The notes below the pieces were generated by a model, which searched no databases, was not told the DNA's origin, and saw nothing but the letters and a program-made list of their open reading frames with translations. Of a stretch of DNA of 64,000 bases, positions 47,552 through 55,940 are shown in pieces; within the stretch, counting starts at the first letter, position 1; each line of letters begins with the position of its first letter. This DNA comes from Pseudomonadota bacterium (lineage in GTDB: Bacteria > Myxococcota_A > UBA9160 > PR03), in the NCBI GenBank assembly GCA_003576805.1, contig QEVM01000002.1:5666-69665 (forward strand), in the 5' to 3' direction. A program made the position numbers and the translations under genes.

Positions 47552-49593
47552 CGGCGCACGACCCGGTCGGGCATCCGATCCTCGCCTACGAGCTGCGCCC
47601 GCGCGGCCCGGCGCCCGCCGGCATCCCGGCCGAGCCCCTCGTCGATCCGCACGCCGAGCGCGCCGCGCCCGGCGACTACGACGCGCGGCGCGCCGCCTTC
47701 CTCGACTTCGTGCGGCGCAGCCCGACGCCGTCGCACCTCGCCGCGGTCTTCCACGAGGTGGCGCGCGTCGCCGCGGGCGGGCCCGTGCACGCGCCGCTCT
47801 TCGAGGCGGCGCTCGACTACGTGGACGCGCGCCTCGACTGCGCCGACTTCGTCCAGCACGGCCTGCTGCGGCTGCTGCTCCAGCTCGCCGGCGAGCCGCG
47901 CCTGCCGCGCGCGCTGCTCGCGCGCGCGAAGCGCACGACGCTCGGCTTCAAGTACCACCCGTCCGAGCCCGGCGCGGACTCGCTCTGCACCTGGACCGAA
48001 AACCACCAGATTTTGTTCGCGGCGGCGGATCTCGTCGCGTCGGAGCGCTTCCCGGACGAGGTCTTCGCGAACACCGGCGAGCGCGGCCGCGAGCGCCGCG
48101 CGCGCGCGCGCGGCCGCGTGCTGCGCTGGCTCGACCTGCGTTTCCGCACCGGCTTCTCCGAGTGGCTCTCGCACGTCTACTACGACGAGGACCTCGTCGC
48201 GCTGCTGACGCTCGTCGACTTCTCGCTGGACGCGGAGATCCGCACGCGCGCGGCGATGGTCGCGGACGTCGTCCTGCTCGACATGGCGCTCCATCACTTC
48301 CGCGGCGCGTTCGCGTCCACGCACGGCCGCTCCTACGAGCGCGCCAAGAAGTGGACGCGCGAGGAGAACACCACCGACGCGGCGAAGCTGCTCTTCGGCG
48401 CCGGCTCGTTCGCGCGCAGCGAGAACCAGTGCGCCGTGTCGCTGGCGCTCTCGCCGCGCTACCGGCCGCCGCCCGCGATCCTCGCGATCGCCGCCGACGG
48501 CGAGCGAGCAGCCGTCACCGTCCGCCAGCGCATGGGCATCGCGCTCGGCGACCTCGCGCGCTTCGGGCTCGATCCGCGCCGCGACGAGGACGCCTTCGCG
48601 CTGCTCGCGATGGAGGCGTACACGGACCCGCGCACGATCGCGGCGTTCGTGCGCCTGCTCGAGCGCTGGCGCTGGTGGGACAACGCCTTCTTCGCGCCGT
48701 TCGCGGCGAGCCGCGCGCTGCTGCGCGGGCTCGCGCGCGTGCGCGCGCTGCCGCTCGTCGCGAAGGCGTTCGAGTGGGATCTCGCGCGCAACGCGCGGCC
48801 GGCGGTCGACCTCGTCACGCACCGCACGCCCGACACCCAGCTCTCGAGCGCGCTCGACTGGCGGCCCGGCTTCGGCGGCGACCAGCAGCACGTGTGGCAC
48901 GCGTCGCTCGGCGGCGACGCGGTCTGCTTCACGACGCATCCGGGGCCCATCTCCGCGCGCTCGCCGGGCTGGTGGACGGGGAGCGCCGTGCTGCCGCGCG
49001 TCGCGCAGGTGGAGAACGTCGCGATCGCGCTCTACCGCATCCACCGGCGTCCCGCGCTGCACGTCGCGAGCCGCCCTCTCTTCACGCACGCCTGGCTGCC
49101 GCGCGACCGCTTCGACGAGCTGCGCGAGCAGGGCGGCTGGCGCTTCGCGCGCCGCGGCGACGGCTACCTCGCGCTCTTCGCGAGCCCGGCGGCGCACTGG
49201 AACGAGTCGCCCGACGCGGGCGAGGACCGCGGCCGCGAGCTCGTCGCGCACGGCCGCGAGACGGTCTGGATTTGCGAGCTGGGACGCCGGGCTAGCGACG
49301 GACCCTTCGACGACTTCGCGAGCCGGATCGCGGCGGCGCCGCTCGCGGTCCGCGGGCTCGCGGTCGCGTACGAGTCGCCGTCCCAGGGCCGGCTCGAGTT
49401 CGCGTGGCGCGGCCCGCTGCGCCAGCGCGGCCGCGCGGTCCCGCTGCGCGACTTCCCCCGCTACGACGCGCCGTGGGTGCGCGCGGACTACCCGTCGGAG
49501 CGCATCGAGGTGCGCGCCGGCGGGCACGGGCTCGCGCTCGACTGGCCGCGCGGCGTCCGCGCGCTGCACGGGCCCGTCACAGAGGCGTGCTAG
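47548..49593 (+). CDS. Uncharacterised 681-aa protein, paralogue A (helical N-half plus beta-rich C-half; no signal peptide)
   Basis: ATG at 47548 overlaps the DUF2264 stop (ATGA). Clearly homologous to 53570..55831 (TENHQILF/SENHQIIF, SEWLSHVYYDEDL/DEWHSNVYYQKDV, LHHFRGAFASTHGRSY/LHNFRGAFAATRGRTY). Confidence 0.75.
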   Translation: MTAHDPVGHPILAYELRPRGPAPAGIPAEPLVDPHAERAAPGDYDARRAAFLDFVRRSPTPSHLAAVFHEVARVAAGGPVHAPLFEAALDYVDARLDCADFVQHGLLRLLLQLAGEPRLPRALLARAKRTTLGFKYHPSEPGADSLCTWTENHQILFAAADLVASERFPDEVFANTGERGRERRARARGRVLRWLDLRFRTGFSEWLSHVYYDEDLVALLTLVDFSLDAEIRTRAAMVADVVLLDMALHHFRGAFASTHGRSYERAKKWTREENTTDAAKLLFGAGSFARSENQCAVSLALSPRYRPPPAILAIAADGERAAVTVRQRMGIALGDLARFGLDPRRDEDAFALLAMEAYTDPRTIAAFVRLLERWRWWDNAFFAPFAASRALLRGLARVRALPLVAKAFEWDLARNARPAVDLVTHRTPDTQLSSALDWRPGFGGDQQHVWHASLGGDAVCFTTHPGPISARSPGWWTGSAVLPRVAQVENVAIALYRIHRRPALHVASRPLFTHAWLPRDRFDELREQGGWRFARRGDGYLALFASPAAHWNESPDAGEDRGRELVAHGRETVWICELGRRASDGPFDDFASRIAAAPLAVRGLAVAYESPSQGRLEFAWRGPLRQRGRAVPLRDFPRYDAPWVRADYPSERIEVRAGGHGLALDWPRGVRALHGPVTEAC

Positions 49594-49616
49594 GAGACGG
49601 CCTCGAAGGAGGCGGC

Positions 49617-50117
49617 ATGTCGGCCAAGAAGCGCGAGAAGAAGGCTCGGAAGAAGACGGAGAAGAAGCAGGCCAAGCAGGCGAAGAAGCAGGAGAAGCAG
49701 GCCCGGAAGACCGCGCGGGCGCAAGGCCCGGAGCCGGTGAAGACGGGCAAGGGCGCGACGCCGCTCGAGGTCGCGCAGGCCGTCGTCCCGCTGCTCCGCT
49801 CGGGCGCGGCGCACGAGGTCGAGAGCGCGTGGCTCGCGCCGGGCGTCGAGTCGGTCGAGGGCGCCGGCGTCGCGCTCGCGTGGTCCGGCAAGCCCGCCGT
49901 GCTCGCGAAGTACCGCGCGTGGGAGGCCGACCACGAGATCCACTCGATGCAAGTCGACGGCCCGTGGGTCGGCGCGACCGGCTTCGCGCTGCGCTACGCG
50001 ATCGACGTCACGCAGAAGTCGACCGGGCAGCGCTCGCAGATGGAAGAGATCGCGGTGTACACGGTGAAGAACGGCAAGATCGTGCGCGAGGAGTTCCACT
50101 TCCGCGTGCCGGGATAG
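49617..50117 (+). CDS. NTF2/SnoaL-like domain protein with a Lys-rich basic N-terminal tail
   Basis: ATG at 49617 with SD GAAGGAGG. Tail MSAKKREKKARKKTEKKQAKQAKKQEKQARKTARAQ. The C-terminus ...EIAVYTVKNGKIVREEFHF is SnoaL-like. Confidence 0.65.
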   Translation: MSAKKREKKARKKTEKKQAKQAKKQEKQARKTARAQGPEPVKTGKGATPLEVAQAVVPLLRSGAAHEVESAWLAPGVESVEGAGVALAWSGKPAVLAKYRAWEADHEIHSMQVDGPWVGATGFALRYAIDVTQKSTGQRSQMEEIAVYTVKNGKIVREEFHFRVPG

Positions 50118-50141
50118 CGGCGCGCACGCGAGCGCGTCCCT

Positions 50142-51833
50142 CTACGCGCCCCGACGCGCCGCCAGCTTCAGCGACTCCGCCCGCGCGCGCTCCTTGCGAT
50201 CGAGCGCGCGCAGGAGCTGGATGCGCACCCTGCGCCGCGCGCTCTGCATGCTGCCGCGCTCGCCCGCGAGGTCGCGCAGGAAGGCGGGCGAGTCGACGTC
50301 GAGCGGCGGCCAGCGGAAGCTGCCGTCCGGCTCCGCGCGCACGAACACGAGCCCGGACTCGTCTCCCTGCACGAGCCGCCAGTCGGGCCTCGCGTAGAAC
50401 CACGCGATCAGCTGCCGCGCGTGGAACGTCGGGTTCAGCAGCACCGTTCCGAACCGGTACTTGGCGTCGAGCCGCAGGAACTCGCGCGGCGTGACGAAGC
50501 GCAGCGCGGCGAGCTTCTTCGGTCCGTAGATCTCGAGGCGGCCGTCCACGAGCACCTCGTAGCGCGGGTGGAGCCGCCAGCTCAGATAGCCGCCGTCCCA
50601 CATGTGGTGCGCGATGGGGCCCGGCGGGCGCTCGCGCTCGATCCAGTCCGTGGCGAGCGCGGGCACGTAGAGGCCGACCACGCCGACGCCGCGCTCGTGG
50701 ACGGTGCCGATGCGCGCGTGGTAGCTGCCTCGCGCGACGTCGACCGCCGCGATCAGCAACGCGGCCGCGACCGCCGCGTTCGCCGCGTGACGCGCCCACG
50801 CGGAGCGCATGCGCCCGTCGAGCCACTCGTTCGCGTTGCGGACGAACAGCGGCGCGGCCACGATCGCGAACAGCGCGAGGTTGCGGTTCGCCATCAGCCC
50901 CAACGCCAGGAAGGCCGCGAAGGCGAGCAGGTCGGCGCTGCGGTCGCGGTTGCGGCGCCAGTTGGCCGCGATCGCCGCGGCGCAGGCGAGCGCGAGCGCC
51001 GCCGGCGCGACCGCCATCGCGCGCGGCACGGCCGGGTGCCAGAGCGGCACGAGCTCGAGGTTGTATCCCCGTCCCATGCCGTCGTCGCCGCCCGGCCCGA
51101 TCATGCCGAGCTGGCGCAGCGGGTAGAGCGCTCCGTCGGCGAAGTTCGGATTCGCGAACGACGCCAGGCACGCGAGCACGACGACGCGCAGCAGCCGCTG
51201 CGCGCGGCCGCTGCGCGCGGGCTCGCGCGCGGCGCGGAGCTGCTCCGAGACGAGCTCGATCGCACAGAGCGCGATGCCGAGCGCGAACAGTCCGTGGACG
51301 TTCGCCCAGAGCAGCTGGAGCGGCACGATCGCGTACACCAGCGCGTCGTTGCGGCGCCGGTCGCGTGCGAGGAGCGCCACGACGCCCGCGAGGAGCACGA
51401 ACGAGAGCAGCTCCGGTCGGTCGCGGAAGCGCTCGCTCGCGACGAGCAGCATCGCGCCGAGCCCCAGCCCGGCGACGAAAGGGCGCTCGCGCCGCCAGCC
51501 CACGGTGGCGAGGATCGCGACGAGCAGCGCCACCAGCGCGGCCTTCACGACGACGACGCCCGCGTGATCGGCGACGGAGTGGACGCCCGCGAGCGCGAGC
51601 TGGAACAGCCAGTGCACGTCGATCCAGCGCGCGTCGGGCACGCTGTAGGTGAAGACGTCGGCGCGCGGCACCGCGCCCGTCTCGGCGATCCAGTAGCCGG
51701 TGCGCAGGTGCCACCAGTAGTCGGTGCTGAGGATCTTCTCGAGGCCGGTGGCGACCGCCAGCGCCAGCAGCGCGGCGCCCACGCCGAAGACGATCCACCG
51801 GCTCGGTGCGTCGGAGCGGAGCGGCGAGTTCAT
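50142..51833 (-). CDS. Polytopic membrane protein with a large C-terminal soluble domain (GT-C-like glycosyltransferase fold suspected)
   Basis: ATG at 51833. 563 aa with more than 10 predicted TM helices. First loop YWWHLRTGYWIAETGAVPRADVFTYS. Function not established. Confidence 0.65.
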   Translation of the reverse strand: MNSPLRSDAPSRWIVFGVGAALLALAVATGLEKILSTDYWWHLRTGYWIAETGAVPRADVFTYSVPDARWIDVHWLFQLALAGVHSVADHAGVVVVKAALVALLVAILATVGWRRERPFVAGLGLGAMLLVASERFRDRPELLSFVLLAGVVALLARDRRRNDALVYAIVPLQLLWANVHGLFALGIALCAIELVSEQLRAAREPARSGRAQRLLRVVVLACLASFANPNFADGALYPLRQLGMIGPGGDDGMGRGYNLELVPLWHPAVPRAMAVAPAALALACAAAIAANWRRNRDRSADLLAFAAFLALGLMANRNLALFAIVAAPLFVRNANEWLDGRMRSAWARHAANAAVAAALLIAAVDVARGSYHARIGTVHERGVGVVGLYVPALATDWIERERPPGPIAHHMWDGGYLSWRLHPRYEVLVDGRLEIYGPKKLAALRFVTPREFLRLDAKYRFGTVLLNPTFHARQLIAWFYARPDWRLVQGDESGLVFVRAEPDGSFRWPPLDVDSPAFLRDLAGERGSMQSARRRVRIQLLRALDRKERARAESLKLAARRGA

Positions 51834-51960
51834 GGATCGGCCTCCGTGTCCGAAGCGGGGGCTGAACCTAGCGTCCAGCGCGGCGCACGGAATCGAGTGC
51901 GCAGTTCGCTCGCAGCGCGCGCTGCGCGTCGCTCGCTTGCGCGCGCGCGCGTTCGGCGAG

Positions 51961-53565
51961 ATGCTGCGCGGCGCGATGCGCGCTCGCGCCCGACTCGTCT
52001 GCTTCGCGCGACTCGCCGCGCTGCTCGCGGCGGCAGGCGCCGCGCTCGCGTGCGGCGCGGGCGAGGGCGATCTCGCGGGCGTCGATCCCGCCGCGTTCGC
52101 CGACGCCGCGCAGGGCGCCGCGGCGCCGGCGTCGGTGATCGCGCCGCTCGCGGCGGACGCCGCGCCCGCGCGCAAGCCGAACGTGGTGCTGATCGTGGCC
52201 GACGACCTCGGCTGGGGCGACCTCGGGTCGTACGGCGGCGCGCTCGCGACGCCGTCGATCGACCGGCTCGCCGCGGAGGGCGTGCGCTTCACCGACTTCT
52301 ACGCGAGCGCGCCGGTCTGCTCGCCGTCGCGCGCGGGCCTGCTCACCGGCCGCTATCCGCTGCGCACCGGCATCAGCTACATCGTGTTCGCGGCCGAGGC
52401 GTCGTTCCGGCAGCGGCTCTCGCTGCTGGCCGCGAAGCTCGGCACGCGGCTCGGCGCCAGCGACTTCCACGACTCGTTCGTCGCCGGGCTGCCCGCTTCC
52501 GAAATCACGATCGCCGAGGCGCTGCGCGTCGCGGGCTACGCGACCGGCATGGTCGGCAAGTGGCACCTCGGCGACTTCTCGCACGACCGCCAGTACCTGC
52601 CCACGCGCCACGGCTTCGACTTCTTCGAGGGGCTGCCGCACTCGAACGACGAGTTCCCGGTCGCGTACTGGCGCGGCGAGCAGGAGCAGACGCCCGACAT
52701 CGGCCTCGCCCAAGAGGGGATCACCGCGGACCTGACGCGCGCGGCGATCGAGTTCGTCGAGGCGAACCGCGACCGCCCGTTCTTCCTCTACTTCGCGCAC
52801 AAGAACGTGCACCTGCCGCTCTACCCCGCGGAGCGCTTCCGCGGCGCGTCGCCGGCCGGCGCGTACGGCGACTCGGTCGCGGAGCTCGACGCGAGCGTCG
52901 GCGAGATCGTGGCGGCGCTCGCGCGGCTCGGCCTGCGCGACGACACGCTCGTGCTGTTCACGAGCGACAACGGGCCCTGGTTCCAGGGCAGCGCCGGCGG
53001 GCTGCGCGGGCGCAAGGGAATGCCGTTCGAGGGAGGAGTGCGCGTGCCGCTCCTCGCGTCGTGGCCCGGCGCGCTGCCGGCGGGCCGCGTCGTCGGCGCG
53101 CCGGCGATGAACATCGACGTCTTCCCGACGCTGCTCGCGCGCGCCGGCCTGGCCGCGCCGCGCGACCGCGCGATCGACGGCCGCGACCTCTGGCCGCTGC
53201 TCACGGGCGCTGCGTCGGCGTCGCCGCACGAGGCGCTCTTCTTCTTCCACGACAAGCAGCTCGACGGCGTGCGCGCCGGCGCCTGGAAGTACTACCGGCA
53301 CGTGAACCGCCTGTGCTGGCCGCTGCCGTACGACAAGCCCGGCACGCTGCCCGGCGAGCAGACCGCCGGCTACGTGCACGCCGACGCGAAGACGGGCCGC
53401 AGCGCGAACCTGCTCGACGCGGGCCCGATGCTCTACGACCTCGCGCGCGATCCCGGCGAGGCGTACGACGTCGCCGAGCGCCGGCCCGACGAAGCCGCGC
53501 GCCTCGAAGCGCTCGCCGCCGCCTGGGAGGCGGCGTTCGTCGCGAACCCGCGCGGCTGGCGCTGA
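51961..53565 (+). CDS. Lipoprotein sulfatase (Cys-type, formylglycine-dependent)
   Basis: Lipobox AGAALACG. Motifs PNVVLIVADDLGWGDLG, CSPSRAGLLTGRYP (CxPxR) and GKWHLG. Confidence 0.92.
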   Translation: MLRGAMRARARLVCFARLAALLAAAGAALACGAGEGDLAGVDPAAFADAAQGAAAPASVIAPLAADAAPARKPNVVLIVADDLGWGDLGSYGGALATPSIDRLAAEGVRFTDFYASAPVCSPSRAGLLTGRYPLRTGISYIVFAAEASFRQRLSLLAAKLGTRLGASDFHDSFVAGLPASEITIAEALRVAGYATGMVGKWHLGDFSHDRQYLPTRHGFDFFEGLPHSNDEFPVAYWRGEQEQTPDIGLAQEGITADLTRAAIEFVEANRDRPFFLYFAHKNVHLPLYPAERFRGASPAGAYGDSVAELDASVGEIVAALARLGLRDDTLVLFTSDNGPWFQGSAGGLRGRKGMPFEGGVRVPLLASWPGALPAGRVVGAPAMNIDVFPTLLARAGLAAPRDRAIDGRDLWPLLTGAASASPHEALFFFHDKQLDGVRAGAWKYYRHVNRLCWPLPYDKPGTLPGEQTAGYVHADAKTGRSANLLDAGPMLYDLARDPGEAYDVAERRPDEAARLEALAAAWEAAFVANPRGWR

Positions 53566-53569
53566 GCGC

Positions 53570-55831
53570 TCAGCGCACGTCGAAGACGACGCGCTGGCCC
53601 TTCTCGAAGCGGTGGTAGAGCGCGGCGCCGGTCTCGGGATCCTGGGCGGTGAGGTCCAGGTCGAGGTGCTCGATGCGCGTCCACGGATTGTCCATGCGCG
53701 GGTAGTCCGTGAGCGCGACCGGCGCGCCGTCCACCAGGAACGGGCCCGTCCACGAGAACTCGAGCGCGCCCTGGCTCGGCGACTCGTAGCGCACCTCGAA
53801 GAACGGCCCGCGCGAGCCGCGCGGGATGTCGGTGGTGACCGGCGTCACGCTGACCGCCGCGTTGCGCACCGCCACCTGGAAGGCGGCGAACGAGCCCGAC
53901 TCGGACAGGCTGCCCAGCTCGACGATCCACACGTTGTCGGGTCCGCCGGGCGCGACGAGGTCGAAGGGCTGCAGCATGCCGTTCGTCGCGACGTTCGGGC
54001 CGTGGTCCACGAACTCGGCGAGGCGCCACGAGTAGAGCGCGATGTAGCCGTCGCCGAAGCGGCCGAAGGTCCAGTGGCCGTCGCGCACGACCTCGTCGAA
54101 GTGGTCCTGCGGGAAGTAGGCGTGCGTGTACGGCTCGTAGCGCGTGAGCGGGCGGAACACGCCCGGCGCGACGGTGTACTGCGGCGCGTAGAGGTGGATG
54201 CCGACGTTCTCGTGCTGCGCGCTGCGCGGCTGCGACGCGGTGCCGGTCCAGCTCCCCGGCTCGCCGTCGTCGCTCCAGTCGAGCGTCTGGCGCGGCGCGG
54301 TGCCCGGGTGCGTGGTGAAGACCAGCGCGTTCGGGTCGAAGGTCGCCTGCCACGAGTGGTACTGGTTGCCGCGCGAGCCCTTCCGGTGGTCCTGCGCGGT
54401 GGACATCAGGTAGTCCGCCGTGCGGTAGGTGTAGGTGTTCACCTCTTCGTTCAGCGGCGACGACGCGGCGTGCGGCAGCGCCTGCGCGGCGATCTGCGCG
54501 AAGGCGAGCGAGCCGACCGCGTCGCGGATCTCGACGTACGGCTGGAACAGCTCGGAGTCCCAGAGCGAGTACTTGTCCGCCACCTCGAAGACCATCGGCA
54601 GCACCGGCCACGTCGTCAGCGCGCTCATCGCCCAGTAGATGGGCAGGTTCGCCTCGTCGCGGTAGTCGAAGCCGTACGGGGCGGGCGGCGGCGGGATCGC
54701 GCCGGTCTCGTCGATCACGACGTTGCCGTCCTCGTCGCGCGGCAGCTCCGCGAACTCGTCGATCGGGATGCCCATGCGCTCGCGGTCCACGAAGGGCGTC
54801 TCGCTGCGGCCGGCGTTCTCGATCAGCTTCGGCAACGCGTACTTCTTCGCGCGCGCGAACAGCACCGCGCCGGCGTCGGTGCGCGACTCGTACGGGTAGG
54901 GCGACTCGTCGAAGAGCAGCTTCTGCAGCCCGTAGGTGTCGTCGTGCAGCGACGTCATCTTGTCCTTCTTGTAGGTGCGCCCGCGCGTCGCGGCGAAGGC
55001 GCCGCGGAAGTTGTGGAGCGCGAGGTCGAGCAGCACGCGGTCGAGCAGCATCGCCGCGCGCGTCGCGATCTCCGGCTCGTCGGCGTGCTCGACGAGCGTC
55101 AGCAGCGGCGTCACGTCCTTCTGGTAGTAGACGTTGCTGTGCCACTCGTCGAAGCCGAAGCGCGCCTTGTGGTCGAGCCACCAGAGGATCCGCTCGCGCG
55201 CGTGCGCGCGGTGCTCCTCGCCGGTCATGCCGGTGGTGGTGAAGGTGCGGTCGGGCCAGGTCTGGCCGGCCAGGTACTCGAGCGTGTGGAAGATGATCTG
55301 GTGGTTCTCGCTCCAGTACCACATGTCGTCGACGATCCCGGGCGGCGTCGGCTGCGTGTACCAGAACTTGAAGGCGAGGATCGCGTCCTCGGTCTTCTGC
55401 CACAGCTCGGGAACGACGACGGCGCGCGGGTGGTCGCGATAGCCGAGCAGCGCGTTGATCAGGTAGAGGACGTCGAAGTCGCTGGTGTCCTCGAAGGTCG
55501 AGATCTTGGTGAAGATCGCGTCCCAGGCGTCGGCGCCGAACGCGCCTTCGGGCGCCTGGTAGCCGGGGTCGCGGAGCTCGCGCTCCATGTGCGCGATCGC
55601 GCTGAGCGGGCTGCCGGTCGCGAGCGCGCCGGTCGCGTGCTCGAGGAACGCCTGGCGCCGCGGCGCGAACTCCGCCTCGTCCAGCGTGCCCGGGCCGACC
55701 AGCCCGCCGGGCGGGAGCTGGTCGCAGGCGGGAGCGGCGACGAGCGCCAGCAGCAGGCCGCCGAGCACGCGCGAGCGCCGCGCGCCGGCTCGGCCGGAGC
55801 ATCGTTCGAGCAATCGCCGCCGAATCGTCAC
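53570..55831 (-). CDS. Uncharacterised 753-aa lipoprotein, paralogue B of 47548..49593
   Basis: Signal/lipobox LLLALVAAPAC. Collinear homology with paralogue A through both halves. Confidence 0.75.
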   Translation of the reverse strand: MTIRRRLLERCSGRAGARRSRVLGGLLLALVAAPACDQLPPGGLVGPGTLDEAEFAPRRQAFLEHATGALATGSPLSAIAHMERELRDPGYQAPEGAFGADAWDAIFTKISTFEDTSDFDVLYLINALLGYRDHPRAVVVPELWQKTEDAILAFKFWYTQPTPPGIVDDMWYWSENHQIIFHTLEYLAGQTWPDRTFTTTGMTGEEHRAHARERILWWLDHKARFGFDEWHSNVYYQKDVTPLLTLVEHADEPEIATRAAMLLDRVLLDLALHNFRGAFAATRGRTYKKDKMTSLHDDTYGLQKLLFDESPYPYESRTDAGAVLFARAKKYALPKLIENAGRSETPFVDRERMGIPIDEFAELPRDEDGNVVIDETGAIPPPPAPYGFDYRDEANLPIYWAMSALTTWPVLPMVFEVADKYSLWDSELFQPYVEIRDAVGSLAFAQIAAQALPHAASSPLNEEVNTYTYRTADYLMSTAQDHRKGSRGNQYHSWQATFDPNALVFTTHPGTAPRQTLDWSDDGEPGSWTGTASQPRSAQHENVGIHLYAPQYTVAPGVFRPLTRYEPYTHAYFPQDHFDEVVRDGHWTFGRFGDGYIALYSWRLAEFVDHGPNVATNGMLQPFDLVAPGGPDNVWIVELGSLSESGSFAAFQVAVRNAAVSVTPVTTDIPRGSRGPFFEVRYESPSQGALEFSWTGPFLVDGAPVALTDYPRMDNPWTRIEHLDLDLTAQDPETGAALYHRFEKGQRVVFDVR

Positions 55832-55940
55832 TGCACTTCTCCCGCGTTCGAGCTTCGCCGTCCAGGTCCGCGCATTCTAACCGGAAAGGGACTCCGCGCG
55901 GGCGCCATGGCGCGGGCCCGCGCTTGGCTCTGGCGAACGA

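Noticed and set aside
55902-55913. Perfect palindrome GCGCCATGGCGC upstream of ppk1.
   Set aside because: Short GC-only palindromes are expected by chance at this base composition. It has no second copy or positional logic that I could see.
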